A stretch of 64,000 nucleotides of DNA, taken from assembly GCA_052279835.1 (NCBI GenBank), contig CP181291.1, positions 5,728,001-5,792,000 of the forward strand, read 5' to 3'. The stretch comes from Microcoleus sp. Its GTDB lineage: Bacteria > Cyanobacteriota > Cyanobacteriia > Cyanobacteriales > Microcoleaceae. A program made the position numbers and the translations under genes. The notes under the pieces were generated by a model, which saw nothing but the letters and a program-made list of their open reading frames with translations, did not search any database and was not told the DNA's origin. Positions 1 to 9,355 of this stretch are shown here, in pieces; position 1 is the first letter of the stretch; each line of letters begins with the position of its first letter.

Positions 1-561
1 GTCGTGAAGTGTGGAGAGTTTTTGTTGTAATTCTGGCGGAAATTGCGATCGCTGCCAATAAGTAGGCGACAAACCCCAATCGCAAGAGTATAAATCCACT
101 AAAATCGGCGCATTCTTAATTCTAATTCTCGCCATATCGTCCACTGTTAAAGGTTCCGCTGGGTCGAAATCTGCGTCGGAACCGATCGCGTGATAAAACC
201 ACTCGAAGTAGCATAAAAGTGGCGTATTTGGAAAAGCTTCTTTGACAAACAATGTCGGCCCCCAACCGGAATGACCGCAGATAATATCCGGTACAAAACC
301 ATCAGCTTTGAGTTGTTCAGCCATTCTAAATACCGCTTGTCCGTAGATGACAGCACTTTCTAAGGGGCGAACGTATTGGTGAGTCTGGGCGTTGGGTTCT
401 CGGCTGGGTGTAAATGCTGCTTTGCGAACACCGGGAATGTTCCATTCTGGCCGCTCGTTTTTAGTTCCAAAAACTATATCGTTTTTGGGGTCTGCGCCTA
501 ACGCCGTGATAATGTGGCGGTATTGGGCCGGAAAGTTGGGATGGAGAAATAATGCTTTCAT
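1..561 (-). CDS. Glycosyltransferase family 4 (ExpC-like), runs off the window edge
   Basis: Hand translation from ATG at 561: MKALFLHPNFPAQYRH...PDIICGHSGWGPTLFVKE...YFEWFY...SPTHWQRSQFP, open to base 1. Missing from the ORF track. Confidence 0.9.
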   Translation of the reverse strand, partial: MKALFLHPNFPAQYRHIITALGADPKNDIVFGTKNERPEWNIPGVRKAAFTPSREPNAQTHQYVRPLESAVIYGQAVFRMAEQLKADGFVPDIICGHSGWGPTLFVKEAFPNTPLLCYFEWFYHAIGSDADFDPAEPLTVDDMARIRIKNAPILVDLYSCDWGLSPTYWQRSQFPPELQQKLSTLHD

Positions 562-564
562 TAT

Positions 565-685
565 GGAAGAAAGAAGGAAGAAGGAAGAAGGAAGAAGGAA
601 GAAGGAAGAAGGAAGAAGGAAGAAGAACCCCCCCCTAGCCCCCCCCAAGGGGGGAAATTCAGGAAGAAGGAAGAAGGAAGAAGGG
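565..685. repeat. (GAAGGAA)n heptamer tract with a CCCCCCAAGGGGGGAAATTCAGG palindromic unit
   Basis: Tandem heptamers are visible; the same family is on the opposite strand at 32215-32728 and 50846-51047. Confidence 0.9.
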
Positions 686-715
686 AAACGGCATTGCCAT
701 TTCCGAATTTTTACA

Positions 716-765
716 TTAGTCCACGGAGGTGGACTTTGTTTGTATAGTCGCGGTTTCAACCGCCG
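716..765 (+). repeat. ~50-bp double-hairpin dispersed repeat (TTAGTCC..GGACTT..GCGGTTTCAACCGCCG), copy 1
   Basis: Near-identical copies at 38116-38165 (reverse) and 48160-48209. Confidence 0.85.
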
Positions 766-2414
766 GAACTTACTAATGGCGCTTTGCAGATCCAGACGCA
801 ATCTCGTGGTACTGAAGATGTATTTTTCAGGATGATTTCATAGTTTAAATGGTTGAGGAATTTTTCCATAATTGTATCAGTCATCACTGAAAATGCCGTA
901 CCATCTCTGCGTCCTAGCAAGTTTTTATCCCACTCGTTGGTGAATTTTTCCCAGCCTAATTCGCTGAGAATGTTCCCGTGGTGAAAGACGCAAATGCGAT
1001 CGCCTCGCAGCAGTTTCGGAATCCGAGTTAGGTAGTTGAATATATCCACTGGTTCTACGTGAACCATTGTATCGTAACAAAAGCAGGCATCAGCCGATTC
1101 TGGGGCGATACCATCTAATGTTAAGCCGTTCAGTTTTACATAGGAAACGCGATCGTCTCCTAAGCGCGATCGGGTTGCTTCCAGCATTTGACTAGAAATG
1201 TCAGCACAAATTAGTCGATCGCAATGTTTTAGCAGCAACGAACTGGTTTTCCCGCCACCGATGCCAATTTCTAACACCCGATGTTCTTTTTTGATATAAG
1301 GCGCAATAAATTCCTGTTCTATCAAAGATTCATATTCTGATAGTGAATTAGCCGCACCGGCACCTTTTCCGATCCATTCATCGCCCAAATAAGCAAGTTC
1401 AGGATTATTCTCTTTCCATTCTTGGGCGTAGCTATCCCACGCTCTTTCGTAGTCTATTTTAGATGGCATTATTTCCATTGTTTTTGGTTTTTTATGTCTC
1501 AGAATACACAAACAAAAATCACTTGATAGTCCTCCCGGCATCTCCATTAAGATGGTTTCAATCTCAAGCAATAACTTGACTATCGTTTCACTCTTTGGAT
1601 CTCCGTCGGAAAGTTGATAGTGATCTAACAAAGGGTAAAGTTCATGAAGCAACCCTCCCCCGGCCGGATTCAAAACTTCCACATCAAAGTAGAATTCTAA
1701 AAACGGCAGTATCAGCTTTGACCTTACTGCTTCCGAAGGGTCTTTCGCAAATACTCTCTCAATACTTGGACTGGCAAATATTTCAGTTGTTCCCGACCTC
1801 ATCGTGTAGTGAAAACATTTGTAGATACGATTAATCAAAGCCTCTTGATTTTGATTATATATATTGTAGCAATCTCCTATGTATTCATTGACAATAAAAT
1901 ATCCATCGGGTTTTAAACATTTCCGAACAATTGACAAACATCTTTCTAGTTCTCTGACGTGATGCAGGGAACCTGAGCAAAAAACTAGATCATATTTCTT
2001 ACTATCATCAATGGTAAATATATTAAAGTCATCTTGATAAAAATTAATTTCTACTCCGGCTGCTGCTGCATCTTTTCTAGCAATCTCTAAAGAACTTTCG
2101 GAAAAATCAAAGGCATCAATTTGAGTAGCCAATCCTAATTTAGCCATCAAAATCTCGTGATTTCCGACACCGCAACCAATAGACAACAGACGATCGAACC
2201 GTTGTTTTTTGAAAAATTTATTAGCTAACCAGCTTAGCCAATAACCATTACCCTTACCACCTGAAAGTCGATGGTTGATAACAGATTCAATAATCGGATT
2301 CGATAACCAGTAACCTTGCTTTCCAATGGCAGCAGTAGGGTTAGTCTCCCAATAATTTTTAGCCGTTAATCCCTCGGAGGTGTTATCTTCTATAGGCTGG
2401 GAATTTGACTGCAT
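756..2414 (-). CDS. Tandem class I SAM-dependent methyltransferase (two domains)
   Basis: Two motif-I sequences, LLSIGCGVG and VLEIGIGGG; lies in a glycan cluster. Confidence 0.85.
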   Translation of the reverse strand: MQSNSQPIEDNTSEGLTAKNYWETNPTAAIGKQGYWLSNPIIESVINHRLSGGKGNGYWLSWLANKFFKKQRFDRLLSIGCGVGNHEILMAKLGLATQIDAFDFSESSLEIARKDAAAAGVEINFYQDDFNIFTIDDSKKYDLVFCSGSLHHVRELERCLSIVRKCLKPDGYFIVNEYIGDCYNIYNQNQEALINRIYKCFHYTMRSGTTEIFASPSIERVFAKDPSEAVRSKLILPFLEFYFDVEVLNPAGGGLLHELYPLLDHYQLSDGDPKSETIVKLLLEIETILMEMPGGLSSDFCLCILRHKKPKTMEIMPSKIDYERAWDSYAQEWKENNPELAYLGDEWIGKGAGAANSLSEYESLIEQEFIAPYIKKEHRVLEIGIGGGKTSSLLLKHCDRLICADISSQMLEATRSRLGDDRVSYVKLNGLTLDGIAPESADACFCYDTMVHVEPVDIFNYLTRIPKLLRGDRICVFHHGNILSELGWEKFTNEWDKNLLGRRDGTAFSVMTDTIMEKFLNHLNYEIILKNTSSVPRDCVWICKAPLVSSGG

Positions 2415-2441
2415 ACTTTTTCACCCTTTAATTTTCAACAG

Positions 2442-5400
2442 TTACTTTTTAGTAAAATAGGCTTCTCGAAAAATCTGACCGTAATCTTGAGTCATTTCTT
2501 CAAAAGTATTCAATGACTTTAACACATATTTAGCATTTTCTGCTAACCGCTGACGCCAAGCTTTATCCTCCAACAAAGTATGCAATGATGCCGCTAGTTC
2601 TTCGGGGCGATCGGGGGTGTAAAATAAACCGTTAATTCTCGGTCTAACTTGTTCTTTAATCCCAAAAACCGGGGTTGTAATAATTGGCAAATCCCACGCC
2701 ATCGCCTCTAGAATCACCCTGGGAAAACTTTCAATCCGAGAAGTACAAACAAAAATATCGGCGACTTGGTAATATTTTCCCGTCTCCGAAGTTTCGGGGA
2801 CAATAGTCACCCTTTGCCGTAATTTTTGTGGCAACTCACCAACCAATTCGGCTAATTTGTTGCTGTAAATACTAGGGCGATCGCCCACAATAAAACACCT
2901 AATTTTGTCGTGCCATTCTTCCGCCACCAGCGCCAGCGCCTTGACTAAATCCTGTTGACCTTTTCTTTCACATACTGTTCCCAACACCAAAATTACCACA
3001 TCTTCTTGCTCAACACCGAGACTCTTTCTCGCCAATTCAGGATTGTCCGAATTATCCAATCGACTCAAGTCTAAACCATTGTGAATGACTGTAAAATTGT
3101 GGTGGCTATTCAGAGGCAAATATCTGTCTCGCGTTGCATCCGCCACAAAAATCACTTTGTAAGGAAACCGAAAACACTCTAAAGCTCGTGCCGCAATCTC
3201 TGAACCGAACCTGTTAAAATAAGTTTGCCAAGGTTCGCTTTCATGGACGTTCCAGACTGTCGGAATTCCGATTTGCTGCGCCGCATCAACTACAAAGAAA
3301 TTTTCTAAAGTATTAGCATAAATCGCATCTACTTTGAGTTTCTTAATTTCTTGGCTAAAATTCTCGATCGCCTCATCATAAGCATCACGCTGGTAGATAT
3401 GTTCCAGAGGATTATCATAAATAATTACCTCAATTCCCTGCTGTTCGTAAGTTTGACGCAGTGGCCCATCGGAAACACAAAAGACAATGGGCTGAATCAC
3501 ACCCAAAGCAGCCAACTTCACGGCGATTTCATATTGATGTAGCGGCGCACCGGTGAAATCAAGGGAATTACTACACATCAACAATTTGACAGGCTTAACT
3601 CCGTCGAAGGGCTTTGTTTGTACCGCGAGCTCTTCGACTTCGCTCAGAGGCTTATATTCCTGCATAAAAAATCGGACTGGTTGAATCCGAAAATATTCAT
3701 CTTCTAAAGACAAGTGAGGACTGTAACAACTATCTTTTTTACCCGCATACTTGCGTCGAAATGCCGCTACTTCTGTGGGATTGTCATTAAAACCCCTAGA
3801 AGCTCCCTCTTTGTGTAACAGTTCCGCATCGGGACAATATACGCAGCGATAGCCATTTTCTAACAATCGGTATCCGTAATCGGCATCATTATAAGCAACA
3901 GCAAAATTAGCCTCATCAAAACCGCCCAATTCTAAGAACAATTGACGCGGAGTCAGCATACAAGCAGCAGTCACCGCCGAGTAATTTCGCGTCACCATCG
4001 CCTGAGAAAGATAGCCTCGATTATCGCTACTCATCAACTTAAAAGCGTGACCAGCTAAACCATGATGGAGCCCATGAATGATGCCCGCGTGCTGAATTCT
4101 ATTATCGGGATATAACAGTCTCGCGCCGACAGCACCCACCTTGGCAATTTGTGCGTATCCCACCATCTGACTCAACCAGCGCGGGTTGATTATCTCAGTA
4201 TCATTGTTCAAAAACAAGACATATTGGCTGTCACATTGTTCGACAGCGCGGTTGTTAATTGCTGCATAACTAAACTTTCCTTGCTCATTTTTGATTTGTA
4301 AAACTTGGTGTTTTAACTTTTTGAAATATTCGATGGCTTTGGGGTCATCGCTTTCGTTATCGATGACTAGAATTTGATAATTTTTGTAAGTGGTAGCCTC
4401 CAGAGAATCCAGACAGGATTTGAGCAATTCTTCCTGATTTTTAGTGGGAATAATAATTGTTACCGACGGCCCGGTATCGGGGAAGTTTTGAGCGAAAATT
4501 CCCAAATTTTCTTTGATTGCCCAGGTGTGCTGAGCAACTTCTCCGTTGATTTGTTGGCGGTTTAATGCGTCTTGAATTGCTTTTTGACCTGCTGAAAAAC
4601 TGGCTGGTTTCGCGGCTCCCGATATGGCGGTAGAGCCTGGGGCGGTGCGCCAGTGATATAATACCAGTGGCAGATGGGCGACGTGACGAGAAACTTCCGT
4701 TGCTCTCAAGGCAAAATCGTAATCTTGCGAGCCTTCAAAGCCTAGGCGCATACCACCTATTTGTTCAATTATGTGTTTTCTGACAGCGCATAAATGGCTG
4801 ATATACATATAGGAAAGTAGCAGTTCTGGTGACCATTCTGGTTTAAATTGTGGTGAAAATCGGCGACCTTTGGTATCGATTTTATCGTCGTCGGAGTAGA
4901 GAAAATCGGTGGTGGGATGGGTGGCAAAATATAGGGCAAATTCTCCTAATGCGTCGGGAGTTAGTTCGTCGTCGTTGTCCATGAATAGAATAATTTCGCC
5001 TGTGGCTAGTTCTATGGCGCTGTTGGTTGCTGCGCTGATGTTGCCGTTTTCTTGCCGAAAGGTAAGCTGAATTCGATTGTCTTTTGTCGCCCAGTTTTTT
5101 AAAGTTTCAATGACTGTTAAATCGGTGCTGCAATCGTCGGCAATACAAAGTTCCCAGTTTTGATAAACTTGATTGCACACGCTGCCGATCGCACTTGACA
5201 AAAATTCTACTTCCGGGTTGTAAACTGGCATTACCACCGAAATTTTCGGCAGTGGTGCCTGACAAGATTCTAAACGAGAAATCAAGTAACTGCGCGATCG
5301 CTCATTCCACTGATTCACCGACAGCCAAGCATCATACCTATCAATGGGCTGCGGCACAACAAAACCCGCAGGTGGTAGCAATTCCCCTGGCGCAATAAAC

Positions 5401-7745
5401 TGTTGTTGCTGGCTATAAATCTTGGCAAACTGACGCACCACAGACAGTATTTCCCAAGGCATCGGTATAATTCTACCGAGACGTTGTTTTCTTTCCTTCG
5501 CCCGTTGCCGAATTGCCTCTATAAACCTCGAAAATTCCTCAAATTTATCAGCACTTCTGCGCCAGATATCATAAGGTTGAACCTTCAATATTTGCGACGC
5601 TTGAAAAGATAAAATCTCCCCAGTTTCTAACTGTGCGTCTAAAGAAACCAGCCATTCTCCCACAGGCAAATTCACCAGGGCTTCAAAGCCACTTTCCGAA
5701 CTATTCACCCAATCGGGAAACACTTCACCGACATCTTTTCGTCGCAAACCGTAGGCGCATTCTACAGAAGTCTCACCACAGACAAGGGTTAATTTCACAA
5801 TTTTGCGATCGTGGTGACAACACCAACCGGCAAACAAAACCTGACCAGGCCGCTGTTCCCAAACTATGGGCGTATCAAAGGATGCTTGAATTGTGGAAAC
5901 AAAAAGCGGATAAACTGACAACAGATGCCATTTACCCTTAGTATCTTGCACTTCCAACAGCACTTCATGCCGTCCCGGTGGGACGGATAATTCAATTCTA
6001 AAACCTGAATTTTTAGCGGCACTAATATTAGAGTGAGCTTCTGCTACATCACTTCTTTCTATGCCACAAAAACCTGTAAAAATTGTATTTTTAATTTTTG
6101 CTCGAACCGATTTAATGCTAAATTGACTGTGAAAAGCCCAGCCACTGATTACTAAATCAGAATCGTAAATATGCAAATTGTTTGCACCGTCTATCGAAAA
6201 AATAAATCTCGGAAAAAAATCGCGAACTTGGCGTTTTATTTCTAAAATATTTTCTCCTATTTTCCACCAAAGAGAAGATTTTATCTTGGCAAGTTCCCGG
6301 TGAAGTGGTTCAATTTCTTGGCGCGATTTTTCGAGGTTGATGACCGAACTTCTGAGGTTTTCCTGAATTTCTCTGGTTTCGGTTTCTAGTCGGAGGAATT
6401 TCGCTGCTTTCTTCTTTAACTCTAATTCTTTTTCTTCTATTTCTACCTGTTTTTCTCCCAATTGTGATTCTAAAGTTAGCACTTTTTCTAAGGCTATTTT
6501 AAATTTAGATTCTTGACCTGCTAACTGTACTTGAGTTTGCCCTAATTCTGTTTCCAATTCTAGGAGTTTGGCTAAAGCTTCTTGAAATTGGGATTCTTTG
6601 CCGGCTAATTGTACTTGAGTTTGCCCTAATTTTGTTTCCAATTCTAGGAGTTTGGCTAAAGCTTCTTGAAATTGGGATTCTTTGCCGGCTAATTGTACTT
6701 GAGTTTGCCCTAATTCTGTTTCCAATTTCAACAGCTTTTTTAAAGCGTCTTCAAATTGGCATTCTTTGCCTACTAACTGTACTTGAGTTTGCCCTAATTC
6801 TGTTTCTAATCCCAAGACTTTTGTCTGAGCTTTTTGAAATTCTTCTTGCCATTTTTTGACTTCAGAGGTGCTGGTTTTTTGCTGTTTTTCCAGTAAGCGA
6901 ATTTTTAGCCAATCTTGGAGTTGTCCCACAGCAGGTGTGGGTAAACTGATGATTGTATCTGGTGATAAACTGGTATTGCTGCTTAAATCTTGGGCCTGGG
7001 ATTCTAAGATTTGATAAATTTCTACTGCTTTGGGAAAATACTGTTCGATCAGGCTATGTCTGTGGCTATTTTCGAGGTCGTTGACTAATAGAGATTTGTC
7101 AAAATTGTCGGTGGGGATGGTGCCTAAATTAACCTTAAATTTTTGATTGACTTGATTGATGAAAAATTCGGGATGATTCCCGATCGGGTAAACGTTGGCT
7201 AGCAGACAGCGATCGGGAAAACGTTCGTAAAGTTCTAAAACTTGCTGATTGTAGTGAATCCACATTTTTACCGCCATTTCGGGATTGTTCAGCAAGCTGA
7301 CATCGGTGCCACGACGGTACAGGGAATCGACTACTTCCCAGGGCGATCGATAAACGCAGATAAAATTAGCTTCGGGTAGCAGAGTTAACCAAAAATCCCA
7401 AAAAAGCGCTGTACGGGGGTCTTTCCAGCCCCAGTGTTTGTCTGTTTGTTGATTTTCGGCAATTAATTTTTTGGCGATTTCTACAAATTCGGCTGCTACG
7501 GGAATCGTTTTTTCCGAGGTGCAGCCGAGTTCATCTATGCCGTGCGATCGCAAAACACTTTTGTGAAACTCCACAAAATCCACATTCTCAAAATGACCCT
7601 TAATATTTCCATCGGCAGGCCCGACTAACTTTTTACCAATATCAACTCCGACTTTCTGAAACAAAGAAGCTGTCAAAGAAGTACCGGAACGGTGCATTCC
7701 AGTTACAATAAAAACCGAAGATTTGCTGTCATTATTTATATTCAC
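2442..7745 (-). CDS. Multidomain sulfotransferase / coiled-coil / GT2-GT2-GT4 glycosyltransferase
   Basis: N-terminal GMHRSGTS, WKDPR and YRSPxxVxxS PAPS-binding motifs; 28-aa repeats; GT2 starts ISVVMPVYN and VTIIIPTKN; C-terminal GT4 motif ESFPRVILEAMA. Confidence 0.88.
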   Translation of the reverse strand: MNINNDSKSSVFIVTGMHRSGTSLTASLFQKVGVDIGKKLVGPADGNIKGHFENVDFVEFHKSVLRSHGIDELGCTSEKTIPVAAEFVEIAKKLIAENQQTDKHWGWKDPRTALFWDFWLTLLPEANFICVYRSPWEVVDSLYRRGTDVSLLNNPEMAVKMWIHYNQQVLELYERFPDRCLLANVYPIGNHPEFFINQVNQKFKVNLGTIPTDNFDKSLLVNDLENSHRHSLIEQYFPKAVEIYQILESQAQDLSSNTSLSPDTIISLPTPAVGQLQDWLKIRLLEKQQKTSTSEVKKWQEEFQKAQTKVLGLETELGQTQVQLVGKECQFEDALKKLLKLETELGQTQVQLAGKESQFQEALAKLLELETKLGQTQVQLAGKESQFQEALAKLLELETELGQTQVQLAGQESKFKIALEKVLTLESQLGEKQVEIEEKELELKKKAAKFLRLETETREIQENLRSSVINLEKSRQEIEPLHRELAKIKSSLWWKIGENILEIKRQVRDFFPRFIFSIDGANNLHIYDSDLVISGWAFHSQFSIKSVRAKIKNTIFTGFCGIERSDVAEAHSNISAAKNSGFRIELSVPPGRHEVLLEVQDTKGKWHLLSVYPLFVSTIQASFDTPIVWEQRPGQVLFAGWCCHHDRKIVKLTLVCGETSVECAYGLRRKDVGEVFPDWVNSSESGFEALVNLPVGEWLVSLDAQLETGEILSFQASQILKVQPYDIWRRSADKFEEFSRFIEAIRQRAKERKQRLGRIIPMPWEILSVVRQFAKIYSQQQQFIAPGELLPPAGFVVPQPIDRYDAWLSVNQWNERSRSYLISRLESCQAPLPKISVVMPVYNPEVEFLSSAIGSVCNQVYQNWELCIADDCSTDLTVIETLKNWATKDNRIQLTFRQENGNISAATNSAIELATGEIILFMDNDDELTPDALGEFALYFATHPTTDFLYSDDDKIDTKGRRFSPQFKPEWSPELLLSYMYISHLCAVRKHIIEQIGGMRLGFEGSQDYDFALRATEVSRHVAHLPLVLYHWRTAPGSTAISGAAKPASFSAGQKAIQDALNRQQINGEVAQHTWAIKENLGIFAQNFPDTGPSVTIIIPTKNQEELLKSCLDSLEATTYKNYQILVIDNESDDPKAIEYFKKLKHQVLQIKNEQGKFSYAAINNRAVEQCDSQYVLFLNNDTEIINPRWLSQMVGYAQIAKVGAVGARLLYPDNRIQHAGIIHGLHHGLAGHAFKLMSSDNRGYLSQAMVTRNYSAVTAACMLTPRQLFLELGGFDEANFAVAYNDADYGYRLLENGYRCVYCPDAELLHKEGASRGFNDNPTEVAAFRRKYAGKKDSCYSPHLSLEDEYFRIQPVRFFMQEYKPLSEVEELAVQTKPFDGVKPVKLLMCSNSLDFTGAPLHQYEIAVKLAALGVIQPIVFCVSDGPLRQTYEQQGIEVIIYDNPLEHIYQRDAYDEAIENFSQEIKKLKVDAIYANTLENFFVVDAAQQIGIPTVWNVHESEPWQTYFNRFGSEIAARALECFRFPYKVIFVADATRDRYLPLNSHHNFTVIHNGLDLSRLDNSDNPELARKSLGVEQEDVVILVLGTVCERKGQQDLVKALALVAEEWHDKIRCFIVGDRPSIYSNKLAELVGELPQKLRQRVTIVPETSETGKYYQVADIFVCTSRIESFPRVILEAMAWDLPIITTPVFGIKEQVRPRINGLFYTPDRPEELAASLHTLLEDKAWRQRLAENAKYVLKSLNTFEEMTQDYGQIFREAYFTKK
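6480..6815 (-). repeat. 84-bp in-frame tandem repeat (28-aa coiled-coil unit), about 4 copies
   Basis: TGTACTTGAGTTTGCCCTAATT recurs at 6526, 6610, 6694 and 6778. Confidence 0.95.
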
Positions 7746-7799
7746 GTTTTCTCTCCCTCGCCCTAATTCCCAAACCTATTAATTTTATTCTACCTTTGT

Positions 7800-9350
7800 T
7801 TACTCTCCGGCTAAGCCTAGGGCGCGCCTGACTTTAAACCAAGCCGATCTGAGTCTCCAAAATTTGCTGCTTTCCATTGCTAGAATCCGATTATGCGATC
7901 GCTCAAATTCTGCTTTGACATAATTTAGCGATGTTTCTGTTGCTTCTAACTGCCCTTTCACAGATCCTAAATGAACTTCGGTCAGCTCAAAATTCCTTTG
8001 AACATCAACCAATTTAGCTTCAGTTTCTTGCAGCTTTGCTTCCGTTTCTTGTAACTTAGCTTGAGTTTCTTGCCCTAGGGCTTTAGTAGAATTTAATTCC
8101 TGTTTAGTTTGCTCTAATTCTATCTTAGCCGCAGCCAACTGACTTTCCACCAAGTTAATTTTGTGATTGGTAGAACTCAACAAAGACTTCGATAACTTCT
8201 GGCTGACCAGGGATTTAACGGTGCAATTTTCAACGATCAATTGCCCGCCACAGTTATTAATCAATTTCACCGTTAATACATCCTGGGCAGAAATAGTATC
8301 TTTCCCTAAATAACAGTTCCAGCCAGACTGCAAGATTGCATCTTTCTGAAAATGTTGCTCCAGATCCAGGCGGTCGTAAAAAGGCTCTGTTTTCTGGACA
8401 AGCTTACCATTTACCAACACTTGAACCTCATCAATTCTCCCATCCTGATTGACATCTACAGCCCACCCTTCCAAATATAAACTACCCTTTTTGGTAAAAG
8501 TAGCAACATCAACATATCCCTCCGGGTGATGATTGAATTGCCAGTTATAAAAATCTTTAACTAGGTGATTTGTCACAATATACAAATCCTGAAATCTACA
8601 TAGACCTTTTTCTATGCGATGCACAAATGCTTTGCCACCACTGACGCGATGCACAATTTCTCGGACAAACTTTTCAGTTACATAAGTTGTGCCGTATTCT
8701 TGCTGATTTAAGGACTGAATTTCGCTGTTGGGGCTGAACAAAAGACCTGTGGCTGGCATTTCTGTACCTGGTGCCCGCAAACATTCATCGTGAACGCTAA
8801 ACATCAAAATGCCATTAGGATTCAACAAATTATACAAATTTTGCAACCAGCCACCAAAGGTTCTTTCTGGCATATGGCTGAAAAAAGAATTAGCGACAAT
8901 GCAGTCAAACTTTTGGTCAATTAGATAATTTTCTGGATTTCCTGTAGAGACAATACCGTTAACACCGAAGTATTCTGTTTGAAACTTGACAGCCTGGGTA
9001 GAAATGTCAGACACCCAAACTCGTTCCGGTGGCATTTCCTGAATCAAAAAGCGGGTAAAGCGACCGTAACCGCAGGCAAAGTCCAGAAAAGATGGCACAT
9101 TTTCAAAATCGCCAAAATGCCAATCTACAACTTGTTTAACTGTATCCATAATCCGACGACCGAGGGAATAATAGCGCACCAAAGCCCGATCGCTGTCATT
9201 TTTTACATTCCTCAGAGCAAACAAATACATTTCATCGTCTTCGCAAATATTCTGTTTAAAATGTTCGGGAAACTTAGCTTGCTCTCCAATTAATGCTTTA
9301 ATAACAGAATTTTCTACCATATCTAGATTAATGTTACTCATTATTTCCAC
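7800..9350 (-). CDS. SAM-dependent methyltransferase with C-terminal coiled coil (WbdD-like layout)
   Basis: FLDFACGYGR motif; QETEAKL heptads; terminal SSKFWRLR helix. Confidence 0.8.
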   Translation of the reverse strand: MEIMSNINLDMVENSVIKALIGEQAKFPEHFKQNICEDDEMYLFALRNVKNDSDRALVRYYSLGRRIMDTVKQVVDWHFGDFENVPSFLDFACGYGRFTRFLIQEMPPERVWVSDISTQAVKFQTEYFGVNGIVSTGNPENYLIDQKFDCIVANSFFSHMPERTFGGWLQNLYNLLNPNGILMFSVHDECLRAPGTEMPATGLLFSPNSEIQSLNQQEYGTTYVTEKFVREIVHRVSGGKAFVHRIEKGLCRFQDLYIVTNHLVKDFYNWQFNHHPEGYVDVATFTKKGSLYLEGWAVDVNQDGRIDEVQVLVNGKLVQKTEPFYDRLDLEQHFQKDAILQSGWNCYLGKDTISAQDVLTVKLINNCGGQLIVENCTVKSLVSQKLSKSLLSSTNHKINLVESQLAAAKIELEQTKQELNSTKALGQETQAKLQETEAKLQETEAKLVDVQRNFELTEVHLGSVKGQLEATETSLNYVKAEFERSHNRILAMESSKFWRLRSAWFKVRRALGLAGE

Positions 9351-9355
9351 AAAAA

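Noticed and set aside
392..835. ORF with EEGRRKK repeats
   Set aside because: It is a translation of the heptamer tract and overlaps the real minus-strand GT4 gene.
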